The notes under the pieces are model-generated. The model saw nothing but the letters and a program-made list of their open reading frames with translations, did no database searches and had not been told where the DNA came from. DNA of 64,000 nt from Dehalococcoidia bacterium (lineage in GTDB: Bacteria; Chloroflexota; Dehalococcoidia; Lucifugimonadales; UBA3495): positions 1,031,011-1,095,010 of the forward strand of contig OZ247428.1 in NCBI GenBank assembly GCA_965232845.1, written 5' to 3'. The first letter of the stretch is position 1, and every line of letters begins with the position of its first letter. Shown piece by piece: positions 39,949 to 49,808 of this stretch. A program made the translations under genes and the position numbers.

Positions 39949-40773
39949 CTACCTTCCCAGCGCGGTCGAGCGGCCCAAATCAGTTACGCTGTAATGGCCT
40001 GCCTTGCCTGGGATCCGCGCCAACCAGCCAAACTTGCTGCGCGCAGCATTCCTCAGGGTCTGCACAAAGTTGTGAGCCCTCGGCCAGCCAGCCAAGTCAA
40101 ACAATCTGCCCAAAGCTTCAGAATCCACACCGTCCATGGCCAGGTAACGACTGGCGCCTTCGGCAGCAACCACCACCCGACGCATATCTCCCAGGGGATT
40201 GGCAGCCCGGCAAAAGTCCACATATGCCTGCTCCGAGACAGCCGGAACCAGATTGGTTGGGGCTGTGTAGCCGCCTGCCGCAGCCGGAAAGCCGTTGGGC
40301 CTTTCGGCAGCGTTCACCGGACCCTCCCATTGCGGCCAACTGTGCGCCACTCGATTATCCATATCCAGCCTTGACTCTTGCTTTCCGGGAGGCTCTTCGA
40401 TGTCCTGAAGGCTTACAAGGGGCTGACCCTGTGCAGTCATACCGGAGGAGGTTGGTGTTGGATAATCCATTTGGTCCGCTATGAAACTGGGTCCTGCGTC
40501 TGCTGGCAGCAAGCTGGGTTCAGAAAAGGGGACTGCATGTTCGGCAATTGGGGGTTCAACACTTGTTGAAGGTTGGACAGAGGGGGTCGCCGGGACAGCG
40601 CTTTCTTCTACCCTGGCCCTGACACCGCCCGGGGCTGCCGTAGCCGGGGTTTCCAGAATCGCCCTCGTGATGTCGGCCAGAACCATGCCAAGAATCTTGT
40701 CAATTACGACGGCATCCTCGGATTCCAGATTTATCTGGGCATTATTTGGCAAACTTATAGACAACTTAAGCAT
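39949..40773 (-). CDS. hypothetical protein: small N-domain, Pro-rich linker, C-terminal winged-helix-like domain
   Basis: low-complexity central region; C-terminal LFDLAGWPRAHNFVQTLRNAAR...GWL...YSVTDLG. Confidence 0.6.
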   Translation of the reverse strand: MLKLSISLPNNAQINLESEDAVVIDKILGMVLADITRAILETPATAAPGGVRARVEESAVPATPSVQPSTSVEPPIAEHAVPFSEPSLLPADAGPSFIADQMDYPTPTSSGMTAQGQPLVSLQDIEEPPGKQESRLDMDNRVAHSWPQWEGPVNAAERPNGFPAAAGGYTAPTNLVPAVSEQAYVDFCRAANPLGDMRRVVVAAEGASRYLAMDGVDSEALGRLFDLAGWPRAHNFVQTLRNAARSKFGWLARIPGKAGHYSVTDLGRSTALGR

Positions 40774-40935
40774 AGGCAGAAGGAGAGCCGTAGACCAAAT
40801 ACCTGAAGAATATGTTAACTCGCCTGCCCCCGGCTAATCAAGGTAGAAGTCAACACTTGGACAACCAAAAGGAGGCAGCTACGGGAATCCCGAATCGCTC
40901 GAGAGTCCGGGACTCCCCATAGTGCCTGACCCGCA

Positions 40936-42813
40936 TTAGAGAGTTTGCTTCAGTCTGATAGCCAGAGAACGGGTAAGGCCAGGAACTGCGGCTATATCGT
41001 CCACCGGGGCGTCTTTAATGCCCTGGATGGAGCCGAAACGCCGCAGCAGCATCCGCTTCCGCTTTGGACCGATCCCGGTAACCATATCTATGGAGGACCT
41101 GAGGCCCGATTTGCTCCGCAAGTTTCGGTGGTATGTAATCGCGAATCGGTGTGCTTCGTCCCTGATTCGCTGCACCAGATAGAGGCCTTGCGAATTGCGG
41201 GGCAACTCTATGGGCTCCGAGGTGTGGGGAACGAACAGCCACTCATTTTCCTTTGCCAGGGCAGCCAGGGGAATGTCGTCCAAACCCAATTCCAGCAAAA
41301 CCTCCAAAGCGGCAGACAGATGACCCTTGCCGCCATCGATGATTACCAGGTCAGGTTCAATACCCCAGGCTGACAAGTCCTTCCCTGAATCGGCCGCCTC
41401 CGGTGAGGATGTTTTCTGCCTCTCGGAACGTGAATCCGCCAGCCTCTTGAATCTGCGCCGCAGCATTTCCTGCATGCTGGCGTAGTCGTCTACTCCGTCC
41501 ACCGATTGAATCTGGAAACGCCGATAATGGGAAGTTTTCGGACGTCCGTCCTGAAACACCACCATACTACCCACCAGATTCGTGCCCTGAACGTGGGAAA
41601 TGTCATAGCATTCCATTCTTAATGGCATGGCGGGCAGGCTTAGCTCCTCCTCCAGTTCCCCCATTGCCTGTTGTAGGACATCCGAGTTGTTCAGCCACTT
41701 TACTCGGTGCTGTGCCAAGCCCTGAACGGCGTTTTCTGAAACCACATCCATCAATTTCTTCTGCTGGCCACGCTTAGGGCATACAAGGCGTACCGTTCCA
41801 CTCCTGCGTTCTTTCAGCCAGTCTCGAATCAGTTCCTGGTCTTCCAGAGCATGCTGGGTATAGACAACAGGTGGAATGACCAAAGCGGTCTGGTAGAACT
41901 GGCGGACGAACTGGCCCATTATTGCTTCAGGAGAATCGTCCTGGGTACCTTCCATAAAGAAGTGGTCACGGCCAATTAATTTGCCCCGGCGAATGAAAAA
42001 TATTTCAACCCAGGTCTCGTTGGTTCCATGCGCCAGCGCAATGAAGTCCATTTCTCCGCCAGAGTTGGACTCCACTTTCACTTGCTGCTCTTCCGCCACC
42101 TGATCAATTCCACGAACCTGGTCACGGAGCACAGCGGCGCGCTCGAACTCCAACTCCTCCGCAGCCGACTCCATCTTCTTTTTTAGTTCGCGGGTAACCG
42201 CCTCAGTGTTCCCCTCCATGAACAAGATCACTTGCTGGACAACCTGGGCATACTCTTCTTTGGTTGCCAGCCCGGAGCAGGGGGCCACACAGCGGTGGAT
42301 GTAGTATTCCAGGCAAGGACGGGGGTCTTTCCCGGTAATTGACTTGGTGCAAGACCTGTAAGGGAAGAGCTTCTTAATCAGGTCCATGGTCTTTCGAACG
42401 CTGCTGGCCGTAGCAAAGGGGCCAAAGTAACGAGCGCCGTCTTGCGCAACCTGGCGCGTAATGTAGACCCGTGGAAAGTCCTCGGTGAGATCAATCTTCA
42501 AGTAGGGATAAGTCTTGTCGTCTTTGAGACGAGCATTGAAGTGAGGCCGATAACGCTTGATGAGGGTGTTTTCAAGGATCAGCGCTTCGGCCTCTGTGTC
42601 CGTGACAATGAACTCGAAGTCAGTCATCCGGGACATCATTCGGCGGATTTTGGGTGGCTGCCCGTTAGGCGACCCAAAGTAGGAGCGAAGGCGGTTTCGG
42701 AGAACGCTGGCCTTGCCCACGTATAGCACTTCGTTCCGGGCGTCCTTCATTATGTAAACGCCCGGTTTTTCCGGAGTAACTCTGAGGCGATGTTCAAACG
42801 GAGATTGGGTCAT
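40936..42813 (-). CDS. uvrC: excinuclease ABC subunit C
   Basis: PGVY...YVGKA...R, LKDDKTYPY, ECYDISH, DDYASM, IDGGKG, RIRDEAHRFA, HhH motif GIGPKR. Confidence 0.97.
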   Translation of the reverse strand: MTQSPFEHRLRVTPEKPGVYIMKDARNEVLYVGKASVLRNRLRSYFGSPNGQPPKIRRMMSRMTDFEFIVTDTEAEALILENTLIKRYRPHFNARLKDDKTYPYLKIDLTEDFPRVYITRQVAQDGARYFGPFATASSVRKTMDLIKKLFPYRSCTKSITGKDPRPCLEYYIHRCVAPCSGLATKEEYAQVVQQVILFMEGNTEAVTRELKKKMESAAEELEFERAAVLRDQVRGIDQVAEEQQVKVESNSGGEMDFIALAHGTNETWVEIFFIRRGKLIGRDHFFMEGTQDDSPEAIMGQFVRQFYQTALVIPPVVYTQHALEDQELIRDWLKERRSGTVRLVCPKRGQQKKLMDVVSENAVQGLAQHRVKWLNNSDVLQQAMGELEEELSLPAMPLRMECYDISHVQGTNLVGSMVVFQDGRPKTSHYRRFQIQSVDGVDDYASMQEMLRRRFKRLADSRSERQKTSSPEAADSGKDLSAWGIEPDLVIIDGGKGHLSAALEVLLELGLDDIPLAALAKENEWLFVPHTSEPIELPRNSQGLYLVQRIRDEAHRFAITYHRNLRSKSGLRSSIDMVTGIGPKRKRMLLRRFGSIQGIKDAPVDDIAAVPGLTRSLAIRLKQTL

Positions 42814-42890
42814 TCGCATTCCCGAAATGAAGCCGAGCCTGAACACCCCAACGTGACGAGACCTCAGACTCTTGAGCAGCCCTCTTGAAG

Positions 42891-43253
42891 CTAAAAGACG
42901 AAGGAAACCACAATCAAAACGGCCGTCACAATACCGGCCAATATGAGGATTCGCCTTAATTCTGACGAGAGATGGTTGTAAGCCAGCGCCTGACCGGTCC
43001 GGTTTTGTACCTGAGGGCGATCAATCGGTAGCGTTGCCCTTACCCTGGCTTGCGGCAACGCTTCGGTGGCCGTGCCGTTTCCTGCTGAACCAGCAACGGG
43101 CGCATCTTCCGGTGTCGCCACATTGGCCGAAGCACCCGCCGTTGCATTGGTTACGGTTTGCACTGCAACTTCGGCTTCCGGCCGGGCCTGTCTTCGCCTG
43201 CGACGGTTAAGTTGGGCCTGGCGCGACGCCACCCTTTTTCCTTTGGCTGGCAT
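42891..43253 (-). CDS. hypothetical membrane-anchored protein with basic N-terminus
   Basis: GGAGG RBS, Arg-rich N-terminus, C-terminal TM helix ELRRILILAGIVTAVLIVVSFVF. Confidence 0.7.
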   Translation of the reverse strand: MPAKGKRVASRQAQLNRRRRRQARPEAEVAVQTVTNATAGASANVATPEDAPVAGSAGNGTATEALPQARVRATLPIDRPQVQNRTGQALAYNHLSSELRRILILAGIVTAVLIVVSFVF

Positions 43254-43411
43254 GGTCAGGTACCTCCTGGTAGAGGATAAGAATTGAGTCCTGATTGCAC
43301 ACGCGGACTACACGCTATGACCAGACTCAATCGTTATTGTTCAAGGTAATGTGTCAAGAATGTTGTTCATTCCCAATAGTTACCATTATGGCCCAATAAA
43401 GGCGCCAAACG

Positions 43412-43446
43412 CAAATAAGGCGCCGGGGCCGTGGGCCCCGGCGCCT
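43412..43446 (-). terminator. intrinsic terminator after the xer gene
   Basis: aggcgccggggcc-gtg-ggccccggcgcct 13-bp stem followed by TATTTG on the minus strand. Confidence 0.7.
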
Positions 43447-43471
43447 CGCATACCTGCATAAATATTGCTTG

Positions 43472-44389
43472 CTAAACGGCCCTGGGATGGCTCTTCTCGT
43501 ACTCGTCCCGAAGATGCTCGGTAGTCAAATGTGTATATACCTGGGTGGTTGAGATACTGGAATGCCCGAGCAGTTCCTGTACGTGCCGCAACGATGCTCC
43601 CTTCTGAAGCAGGTGCGTTGCGAAACTGTGCCGCAAGGTGTGGGGCGTTATCTTCTGGTCTATTCCCGCCCTCTTGCTGTAGGTCTTGAGAATGTTCCAC
43701 ACCCATTGTCGGGTCAATCGCTCCCCTCGGTGGTTGACAAATAGCGCCGCTTCTTCCTTATTCGTTCCCAGCAGGGACATTCGGCTGGTCGAAAGGTAGT
43801 CCTGCAACCCGTTCAGGGCTTTGTCGTGGGCATAAACAATACGCTCCTTGGCACCCTTTCCCCAGCACCTGATATATGACTCCTCGAAATCGACGTCCTG
43901 AACGTTCAGAGACACCAGCTCGCTAACCCTCAGACCGGTGGCGTAGAGGAGTTCAAGAATATTGGCATCCCTCTGGCTTTCGGCAGTGCCTGCTTTGTCC
44001 GCTTCTCTAAGCAGCTGATCGACTTCATCCTCAGTCAAATATTTGGGCAATGCCCTCCCCACACGAGGTGAGCCCAGTGATTCGGTGGGTGGTTCCTCTA
44101 TAATTCCGTTCTGGGCCAGGAAGGTGAAGAAGGATTTGATAGCGGCCACCTTGCGCGCTGTGGTGGTGTCCCGATAACCCTTCCTTCCCCGGAGATCGGC
44201 AATATAGTCGTTAAGCAGGTCCAGGTCTACCCGTAGCCACACCTCCTCGCTCTCGCTTGAGCCACCAAACCGATCTTTCAGAAAATCGGCGAACTGGCCC
44301 AAGTCATTTCGGTAGGCATCCAGAGTGTGTTGGGAAAACCCCCTTTCAACTACTAAATGTTGCAGGAAATCCTCTATGGCTCTATGCAT
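43472..44389 (-). CDS. xerD: XerC/XerD-type tyrosine recombinase
   Basis: ERGFSQHTLDAYRNDL, LYATGLRVSEL, GKGAKER, TPHTLRHSFATHLL, LLGHSSISTTQVYTH; XerD versus XerC cannot be settled by eye. Confidence 0.85.
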   Translation of the reverse strand: MHRAIEDFLQHLVVERGFSQHTLDAYRNDLGQFADFLKDRFGGSSESEEVWLRVDLDLLNDYIADLRGRKGYRDTTTARKVAAIKSFFTFLAQNGIIEEPPTESLGSPRVGRALPKYLTEDEVDQLLREADKAGTAESQRDANILELLYATGLRVSELVSLNVQDVDFEESYIRCWGKGAKERIVYAHDKALNGLQDYLSTSRMSLLGTNKEEAALFVNHRGERLTRQWVWNILKTYSKRAGIDQKITPHTLRHSFATHLLQKGASLRHVQELLGHSSISTTQVYTHLTTEHLRDEYEKSHPRAV

Positions 44390-44462
44390 TCGGCATGCCC
44401 CCTAAATCTATAACTCTCGCCCAGTGGACGAGGCTAGAATGATGTCCCCTACTTACCGGGGA

Positions 44463-44492
44463 TGCCGAGATAATATCAGTATTACGTAAACC
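44463..44492 (+). promoter_or_regulatory. dif-like candidate Xer binding site (8-bp spacer) upstream of xer
   Basis: TGCCGAGATAA-TATCAGTA-TTACGTAAACC. Confidence 0.4.
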
Positions 44493-44768
44493 TGCGCCCT
44501 TTGGCCTCTGCGCAAATTAGGACTAATTCAAGCGAACAAGGCCTCTCGATAACGAGCTTTTCCGGTAAACTGGAGAGGGCAGCGATTCAGGGGCCCGGTA
44601 ACGGCCAAATAGTTACTGTTGTTCTCTCGAGGCAAGAACTTAGTCAACGTGCTTCGCACGCCACTAGCGCCCCTATAGGGTTGTTTCAGGATCACCGTCG
44701 AATAACACACTGCTGGTCGGGTGCAGCCAGCCAACAATTAACCAACAGGGCACGCATATCCCTCCAAT

Positions 44769-45086
44769 ATGACCTTGAATGAAGCATTCGCAAACCAGGT
44801 ATCGATAGCGCCACTGGCCTCAAGTAAGCAGGTGGCCCACCCCGCGCGGTCACTTGAAACTGTGGGGCTTACAGCTCAAGAACAAGACAGGCCGTCCCCG
44901 CCAAATCCGCTGATTTACCTGGACATCTGGATATTTGGTGGTTTAGTACTGGGAGTGATGGTTTTCGTCGGTCTCAAGTATCTATGGAAAGCTCTGCAAC
45001 CAGACTACCGGGATCCAGAGGAAGGTTTACAGCCCTGGGAAGACCCTGATTTCGAATACGAAAACCCGGACGATAAGGACGGTTAA
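44769..45086 (+). CDS. hypothetical single-TM protein with acidic tail
   Basis: IWIFGGLVLGVMVFVGLKYLW then PDYRDPEEGLQPWEDPDFE. Confidence 0.6.
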   Translation: MTLNEAFANQVSIAPLASSKQVAHPARSLETVGLTAQEQDRPSPPNPLIYLDIWIFGGLVLGVMVFVGLKYLWKALQPDYRDPEEGLQPWEDPDFEYENPDDKDG

Positions 45087-45365
45087 GCTCAATAATTGTC
45101 ACACGTCGTTTGGAAACGAAGAAGCTTCCTTTGCTGCAATCAATAATCATTGAGAAAGGCGGCGTTTTGCCGTTCTTGCCACTATTTCCTTGAGGGTTTA
45201 GAGTATGGTCTGAAAAGGCTTGAGCGCCGAAAAATGATAGGCAACTCATACCGATGCAAGAGCCAGGCATGACAATGCCAAACTGTTATAACGAAGAGAA
45301 AAATCGTTTGAGTCTAAAATCGGTGGGCCGGGATCGACCTGCCAGCAAATTCAGGAGGTTAGTTC

Positions 45366-46052
45366 GTGTACCAAACCATTAGCAAAGGGACCATGGAAGC
45401 ACTGGGCAAGATAGATACGCCCAGCATTTGTAATGCTATCGAAGGGTTCAATGTCCGCCCCAAGAACGATGGGTTTATGCTGCCTGAGATAAAGGGCGTA
45501 TTTCGCTCGTTGCCGCCGGCGGTGGGCTATGCGGTAACCGGCGTTATTAGCGCGGTTCAACCCGAGGGCCGCAATGTGTCTCGGGAGGACTGGTGGGATT
45601 TGATTGTTTCAGTACCTGAACCCCGATTCATCGTGCTTCATGACATCGACAACCCGCCCCTGGGGGCTTATTGGGGAGAGGTCCAGGGAAATATACACAA
45701 GGCACTGGGAGCCGTCGGAGTGGCTACGGACGGGACTGTACGGGACATTGATGAAGTCGAGGAACTGGGCTTCCAATTCTTCGCCAAAGAGGTTTCCGCG
45801 TCTCATGCCTATGTTCACCTGGTGGAGATCGGCATTCCGGTCAACATTGGCGGCCTGACGGTCAACACCGGCGACTTGCTGCACGGTGACAAGCACGGCG
45901 TTACCAACATTCCCTTCGAAATCGCCGAGCAGATTCCCGACATGGTCCAGACCATCGCAGACTACGAACAGCAGACCATTGGTCTGTGCCAGTCATCGGA
46001 ATTTAGCTTGGAGAAGCTCAAAGAAGTGGCAAAGATTACCCGGCCATACTAG
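45366..46052 (+). CDS. RraA family / HMG-aldolase-like protein
   Basis: DTPSICNAIE, GYAVT, YWGEV, TDGTVRD, GDLLHGDKHGV; CAGGAGG RBS. Confidence 0.88.
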   Translation: MYQTISKGTMEALGKIDTPSICNAIEGFNVRPKNDGFMLPEIKGVFRSLPPAVGYAVTGVISAVQPEGRNVSREDWWDLIVSVPEPRFIVLHDIDNPPLGAYWGEVQGNIHKALGAVGVATDGTVRDIDEVEELGFQFFAKEVSASHAYVHLVEIGIPVNIGGLTVNTGDLLHGDKHGVTNIPFEIAEQIPDMVQTIADYEQQTIGLCQSSEFSLEKLKEVAKITRPY

Positions 46053-46229
46053 GCACCCAACGGTTTTCAAACGGGCGGCGGAGCACCCATGCATTTCATC
46101 AGCCGCCGCCCGCCAAAGATTTCCGGAATCTGATCATTTCTGACCTCTGCCCCTGTTTGAATTTCCCACCACGAATCTCCAGGTACCACCAGAGAAATCT
46201 TTTTGACCTTAGGGAGTTTTAGAAACAGC

Positions 46230-46937
46230 ATGAGATCGCTTCTATCGATTGGTCTGATTGTCTTGATTGTTGCCCTCGCTGCCTGCGAGTTGCCAGAGGA
46301 AGAACCTACCGCCACGCCGATTCCCGACGTCATTCCCACGCCACGTATTGCAGATACCCCTACGCCGGCAGTCATTGGTACTCCTACACCTGTGTCTGAG
46401 ATGACGGCCAGCGGAAAAGTTATTCGGCAATATTCCGGGCCGCCCGCAATGGAAATTGACCCCGAGGGGGAATATTTGGCCGACATTCAGACCAACCAGG
46501 GCACCATATCTGTTGAACTCAATGCAGAAGATGCTCCGATCACGGTTAACAACTTCGTCTTTCTGGCCCGCCAGGGCTTTTACGATGGCGTTGTTTTTCA
46601 CCGCGTTATACCCGGCTTTATGATTCAAGGTGGTGACCCCACCGGAACCGGTACCAGCGGCCCAGGCTATCGATTCCGAGACGAAATTGTTCCCTCCCTT
46701 ATCTTCGACAGTGCCGGAATACTAGCCATGGCAAACTCCGGTCCCAACACTAACGGCAGCCAGTTTTTCATTACAGTCGCTCCTACACCCCACTTAACCG
46801 GGAGCCACACCATTTTCGGCAGAGTTACAACGGGCCAGGAAGTTGCTGATGCTATTGCCGTTGCCCGTGCCGACCGCAATAATCGACCTATCGAAGAAGT
46901 GGTAATTCAACACATCGAAATTAAAGAAGGACGCTAG
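46230..46937 (+). CDS. cyclophilin-type peptidylprolyl isomerase, lipoprotein
   Basis: lipobox LAAC, Pro/Thr linker, FHRVIPGFMIQGGDPTGTG, AMANSGPNTNGSQFFIT. Confidence 0.93.
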   Translation: MRSLLSIGLIVLIVALAACELPEEEPTATPIPDVIPTPRIADTPTPAVIGTPTPVSEMTASGKVIRQYSGPPAMEIDPEGEYLADIQTNQGTISVELNAEDAPITVNNFVFLARQGFYDGVVFHRVIPGFMIQGGDPTGTGTSGPGYRFRDEIVPSLIFDSAGILAMANSGPNTNGSQFFITVAPTPHLTGSHTIFGRVTTGQEVADAIAVARADRNNRPIEEVVIQHIEIKEGR

Positions 46938-46964
46938 CTTTCGCATGGCGCCAGGAGCTTTGTC

Positions 46965-47786
46965 TTGACCTTCCGGTACATCATTTACGACAAGCAGGAC
47001 CAGATCGGTTACCTCACCCTCAACCGTCCGGACCGATTGAACGCGTTGAATGCGGCCCTGCTTTCGGAATTTCGGGAAGCCCTGGATGTGGTGGAAGATG
47101 ACCCTGATATACGGGCGGTGATTCTTACCGGCGCCGGCAGGGCTTTCTCAGCAGGATTCGACATAAACCGGGAACCGGGTGAATCCGACCCACAGGATAT
47201 GCAACCCGACCAGTGGCGGGCCCACTTGAAGAGTCATATCGACACTTTCATGAAAGTATGGAACCTGAGTAAGCCGGTAATAGCCGCTGTCAACGGGTAC
47301 GCACTGGCCGGTGCATGCGAATTGGTGCAAGTCTGCGACATAAAGATCGCATCAGAACGGGCGATAATGGGCGAACCTGAAATACGGGCCGGTGTCGGGC
47401 CTCCGCTGCTGATTACTCCCTTCAGCGTCAATTTGGCCACGGCCAAAGAACTATTGCTCACCGGCGATACGATTGACGCATACGAGGCGGCCCGCGTAGG
47501 ACTGGTCAGCCGGGTGGTCCCTCACGACGACCTGATGGCGGAGTGCGAAAAAATTGCGAAGAAGATTACCCTGATTTCCGAAGTGGGCGTAAAGATGACC
47601 AAGATTGCGGTGAACCGGGCCCTGGAAGAAATGGGGTTCCTCTCGGCAATTCAGCACAACCTGGAGCTAATGACCCATTTTGATACCAGCGTGACGCCGG
47701 AGCAGGAAGAGTTCAACGCCATACGGCAGGAAAGAGGGTTGCGGGCAGCACTCGACTGGAGGGATGCTCGATTCAGGGAATTGTAG
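46965..47786 (+). CDS. enoyl-CoA hydratase/isomerase family protein
   Basis: LNRPDRLNA, AFSAGFDI, KPVIAAVNGYALAGACE, PEIRAG. Confidence 0.9.
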   Translation: MTFRYIIYDKQDQIGYLTLNRPDRLNALNAALLSEFREALDVVEDDPDIRAVILTGAGRAFSAGFDINREPGESDPQDMQPDQWRAHLKSHIDTFMKVWNLSKPVIAAVNGYALAGACELVQVCDIKIASERAIMGEPEIRAGVGPPLLITPFSVNLATAKELLLTGDTIDAYEAARVGLVSRVVPHDDLMAECEKIAKKITLISEVGVKMTKIAVNRALEEMGFLSAIQHNLELMTHFDTSVTPEQEEFNAIRQERGLRAALDWRDARFREL

Positions 47787-47913
47787 TAGCTGTCTACTGA
47801 CCATTAACCTGAATGAAGGGAGCTATTGCAGGTAACGACCCGCGTCTCCGGCAGCCATGATGTCGCGAAGCCAGTGAACTCTCGATAGTTTCAGGTCAAT
47901 TAATCGTCATATG

Positions 47914-47947
47914 CGGCCGCTGGACTATGCAGCGGCCGTTTTCTTTG
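47914..47947 (+). terminator. intrinsic terminator between convergent genes
   Basis: cggccgctg-N7-cagcggccg followed by ttttcttt. Confidence 0.7.
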
Positions 47948-47950
47948 AGC

Positions 47951-49099
47951 CTACCCTAGTATAGATATAAACACACCGGCCACCACCGCAGAACCAATCA
48001 CGCCGGCCACATTGGGCCCCATGGCATGGGGCAGCAAATAGTTGCTGGGGTTTTCCCGTTGCCCCAGATTGTGCGCCGTCCGTGCCGCCATTGGTACCGC
48101 AGATACACCGGCGGACCCGATAAGCGGATTCACTTTTTCCTTTACGAACAGGTTCATCAGCTTCGCAAATAGCAATCCACCGACGGTTCCACAGGAAAAG
48201 GCCACTATACCGAGTCCCAATATTGCCAATGTTTTCAAATCGAATACCCGTTCAGCGGTCAACTCTGCGCCAATCGTAATCATCAGGAAAATGGTTGCGA
48301 TGTTCAATACCTCGTTCGATGCCGCATTGCTAAGCCGAGGCACTACACCACTTTCTCTGAATATATTTCCTACCATAAACATGGCAATTAGCGGGGCAGA
48401 TTCGGGGACGAACAGAATTATTATCAGCATCGCGCCGGTGGGGAATACGAGCTTCTCGGTGCGGGACACTTGACGGGGTGTCTTCATTTCGATCCGGCGT
48501 TCCCTCTTGGTGGTAAACAGCCTCATCAGCGGAGGTTGCACAAAGACCACGCTGGCCATGTAGGAATAGGCTACGACCGCGGTTATTCCTAACAGGTCAG
48601 GTGCCAGCTTAGCCGAGGCAAAAATCGTTGTGGGACCGTCGGCCCCGCCAATTATGCCAATGGCTCCGGCCTCCTCCAGGGTAAACAGGTCCGGCGAGGT
48701 GAAGAGTCCCAGGCCCAGCGCCAACCAGAAAGCTACGAAGATACCCAGTTGAGCTGCGGCGCCCAATAGAAGCGTCTTGGGATTGGCGATTATCGGCCCA
48801 AAATCAGTAAGGGCCCCCAACCCCAGAAATATGAGCGGGGGAAGAATATTCCATGAGGACAGAGTGAAGTGGAAAATCAGGCCAAAAATTCCTGATGATT
48901 GCAACTCGCCGGATGGATCAAAATCGATGAGGCCCGTTCCTGGCAAGTTGCCGAGGATGATGCCCAGTCCTATCGGCAGCAGAACGTAGGGTTCCATTCC
49001 CTTGGCAACTGCTAACAGCATAAACGCTCCCCCCACCAAGAACAGGAGAGCGTTTCCCCAACTGAGATTAGCGAACCCGGATTCTAGGAGAAATTCCAT
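47951..49099 (-). CDS. oadB: Na+-translocating decarboxylase beta subunit
   Basis: TDFGPIIANP, GAAAQLGIF, IGIIGGADGPT, AYSYMA, GVSAVPMAAR, HAMGPNVAGVIGSA. Confidence 0.93.
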   Translation of the reverse strand: MEFLLESGFANLSWGNALLFLVGGAFMLLAVAKGMEPYVLLPIGLGIILGNLPGTGLIDFDPSGELQSSGIFGLIFHFTLSSWNILPPLIFLGLGALTDFGPIIANPKTLLLGAAAQLGIFVAFWLALGLGLFTSPDLFTLEEAGAIGIIGGADGPTTIFASAKLAPDLLGITAVVAYSYMASVVFVQPPLMRLFTTKRERRIEMKTPRQVSRTEKLVFPTGAMLIIILFVPESAPLIAMFMVGNIFRESGVVPRLSNAASNEVLNIATIFLMITIGAELTAERVFDLKTLAILGLGIVAFSCGTVGGLLFAKLMNLFVKEKVNPLIGSAGVSAVPMAARTAHNLGQRENPSNYLLPHAMGPNVAGVIGSAVVAGVFISILG

Positions 49100-49157
49100 G
49101 CTTCCATAGAGATTGCACTTTGTTCTGCGGAACTAACCATCATTTTGGTAACACGGG

Positions 49158-49559
49158 CTAACGATCTCGTTCCCTGAGGCGGCGGGAGTCGAAAGCGACC
49201 ATCCTTCCCTGTTCCCTCCAACCGCCGTTGATCACCTCGGTAGCCTCAACATGTTGCCCCTCGTATCCCGCTTGCTCTCTGCGGTACTCTTCTGTAGCCA
49301 AAGCAACGGCAGCGCCGATAGCGGCCGCCAGTTCGGGTTCCATCTGAGCAATTTCAGGATCAATGGTAGAATTGGTGACAGTCGCCATTGCCTGAGACGC
49401 CGCTTCTTCGGCCCGAACCTGGGCTCTCCTCAGTCGCCAATCGCCCCAACGGCCAATCAACCCCGTGAAAATCACGAGTGAACCCAGTACCAGAAAAGCC
49501 GCGCCAACGCCAGCGTAGGTCAAGAAGAGGGCTCGACTCAGTTCAAATTCCGTTTCCAA
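49158..49559 (-). CDS. Na+-translocating decarboxylase gamma/delta (OadG-like) subunit
   Basis: N-terminal TM helix, ELAAAIGAAVA, WREQGR; directly upstream of the beta subunit. Confidence 0.75.
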   Translation of the reverse strand: METEFELSRALFLTYAGVGAAFLVLGSLVIFTGLIGRWGDWRLRRAQVRAEEAASQAMATVTNSTIDPEIAQMEPELAAAIGAAVALATEEYRREQAGYEGQHVEATEVINGGWREQGRMVAFDSRRLRERDR

Positions 49560-49808
49560 GTAATCCTGCCGGTTTTATTAACAAGTAAGTTTCCAGAGCC
49601 TGTTTGATTGGAGAACCAAGTGCCAGGCATGACAGCCCTGTGAACATCCGCTCAATTTCCTGGTGGATTATACCATTAGGCGCCATCAGCCCTGGAAAGT
49701 GGGTGGCGTGTTTCAGACTTCGCAATTACTATCCTGTCAGGCTGGCACATTCAATTTATTTCGGGGATGTTTTATGTTGACAACAACTATGGGCAAGAGA
49801 GGTTCCAA

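Noticed and set aside
43472-44389. Prophage or ICE integrase
   Set aside because: Size and motifs fit chromosomal XerC/D; the neighbours are housekeeping genes, with no phage genes.
45264-49633. Shared 13-mer gccaggcatgaca in two intergenic regions
   Set aside because: Short, non-palindromic and in front of unrelated genes; could be chance.
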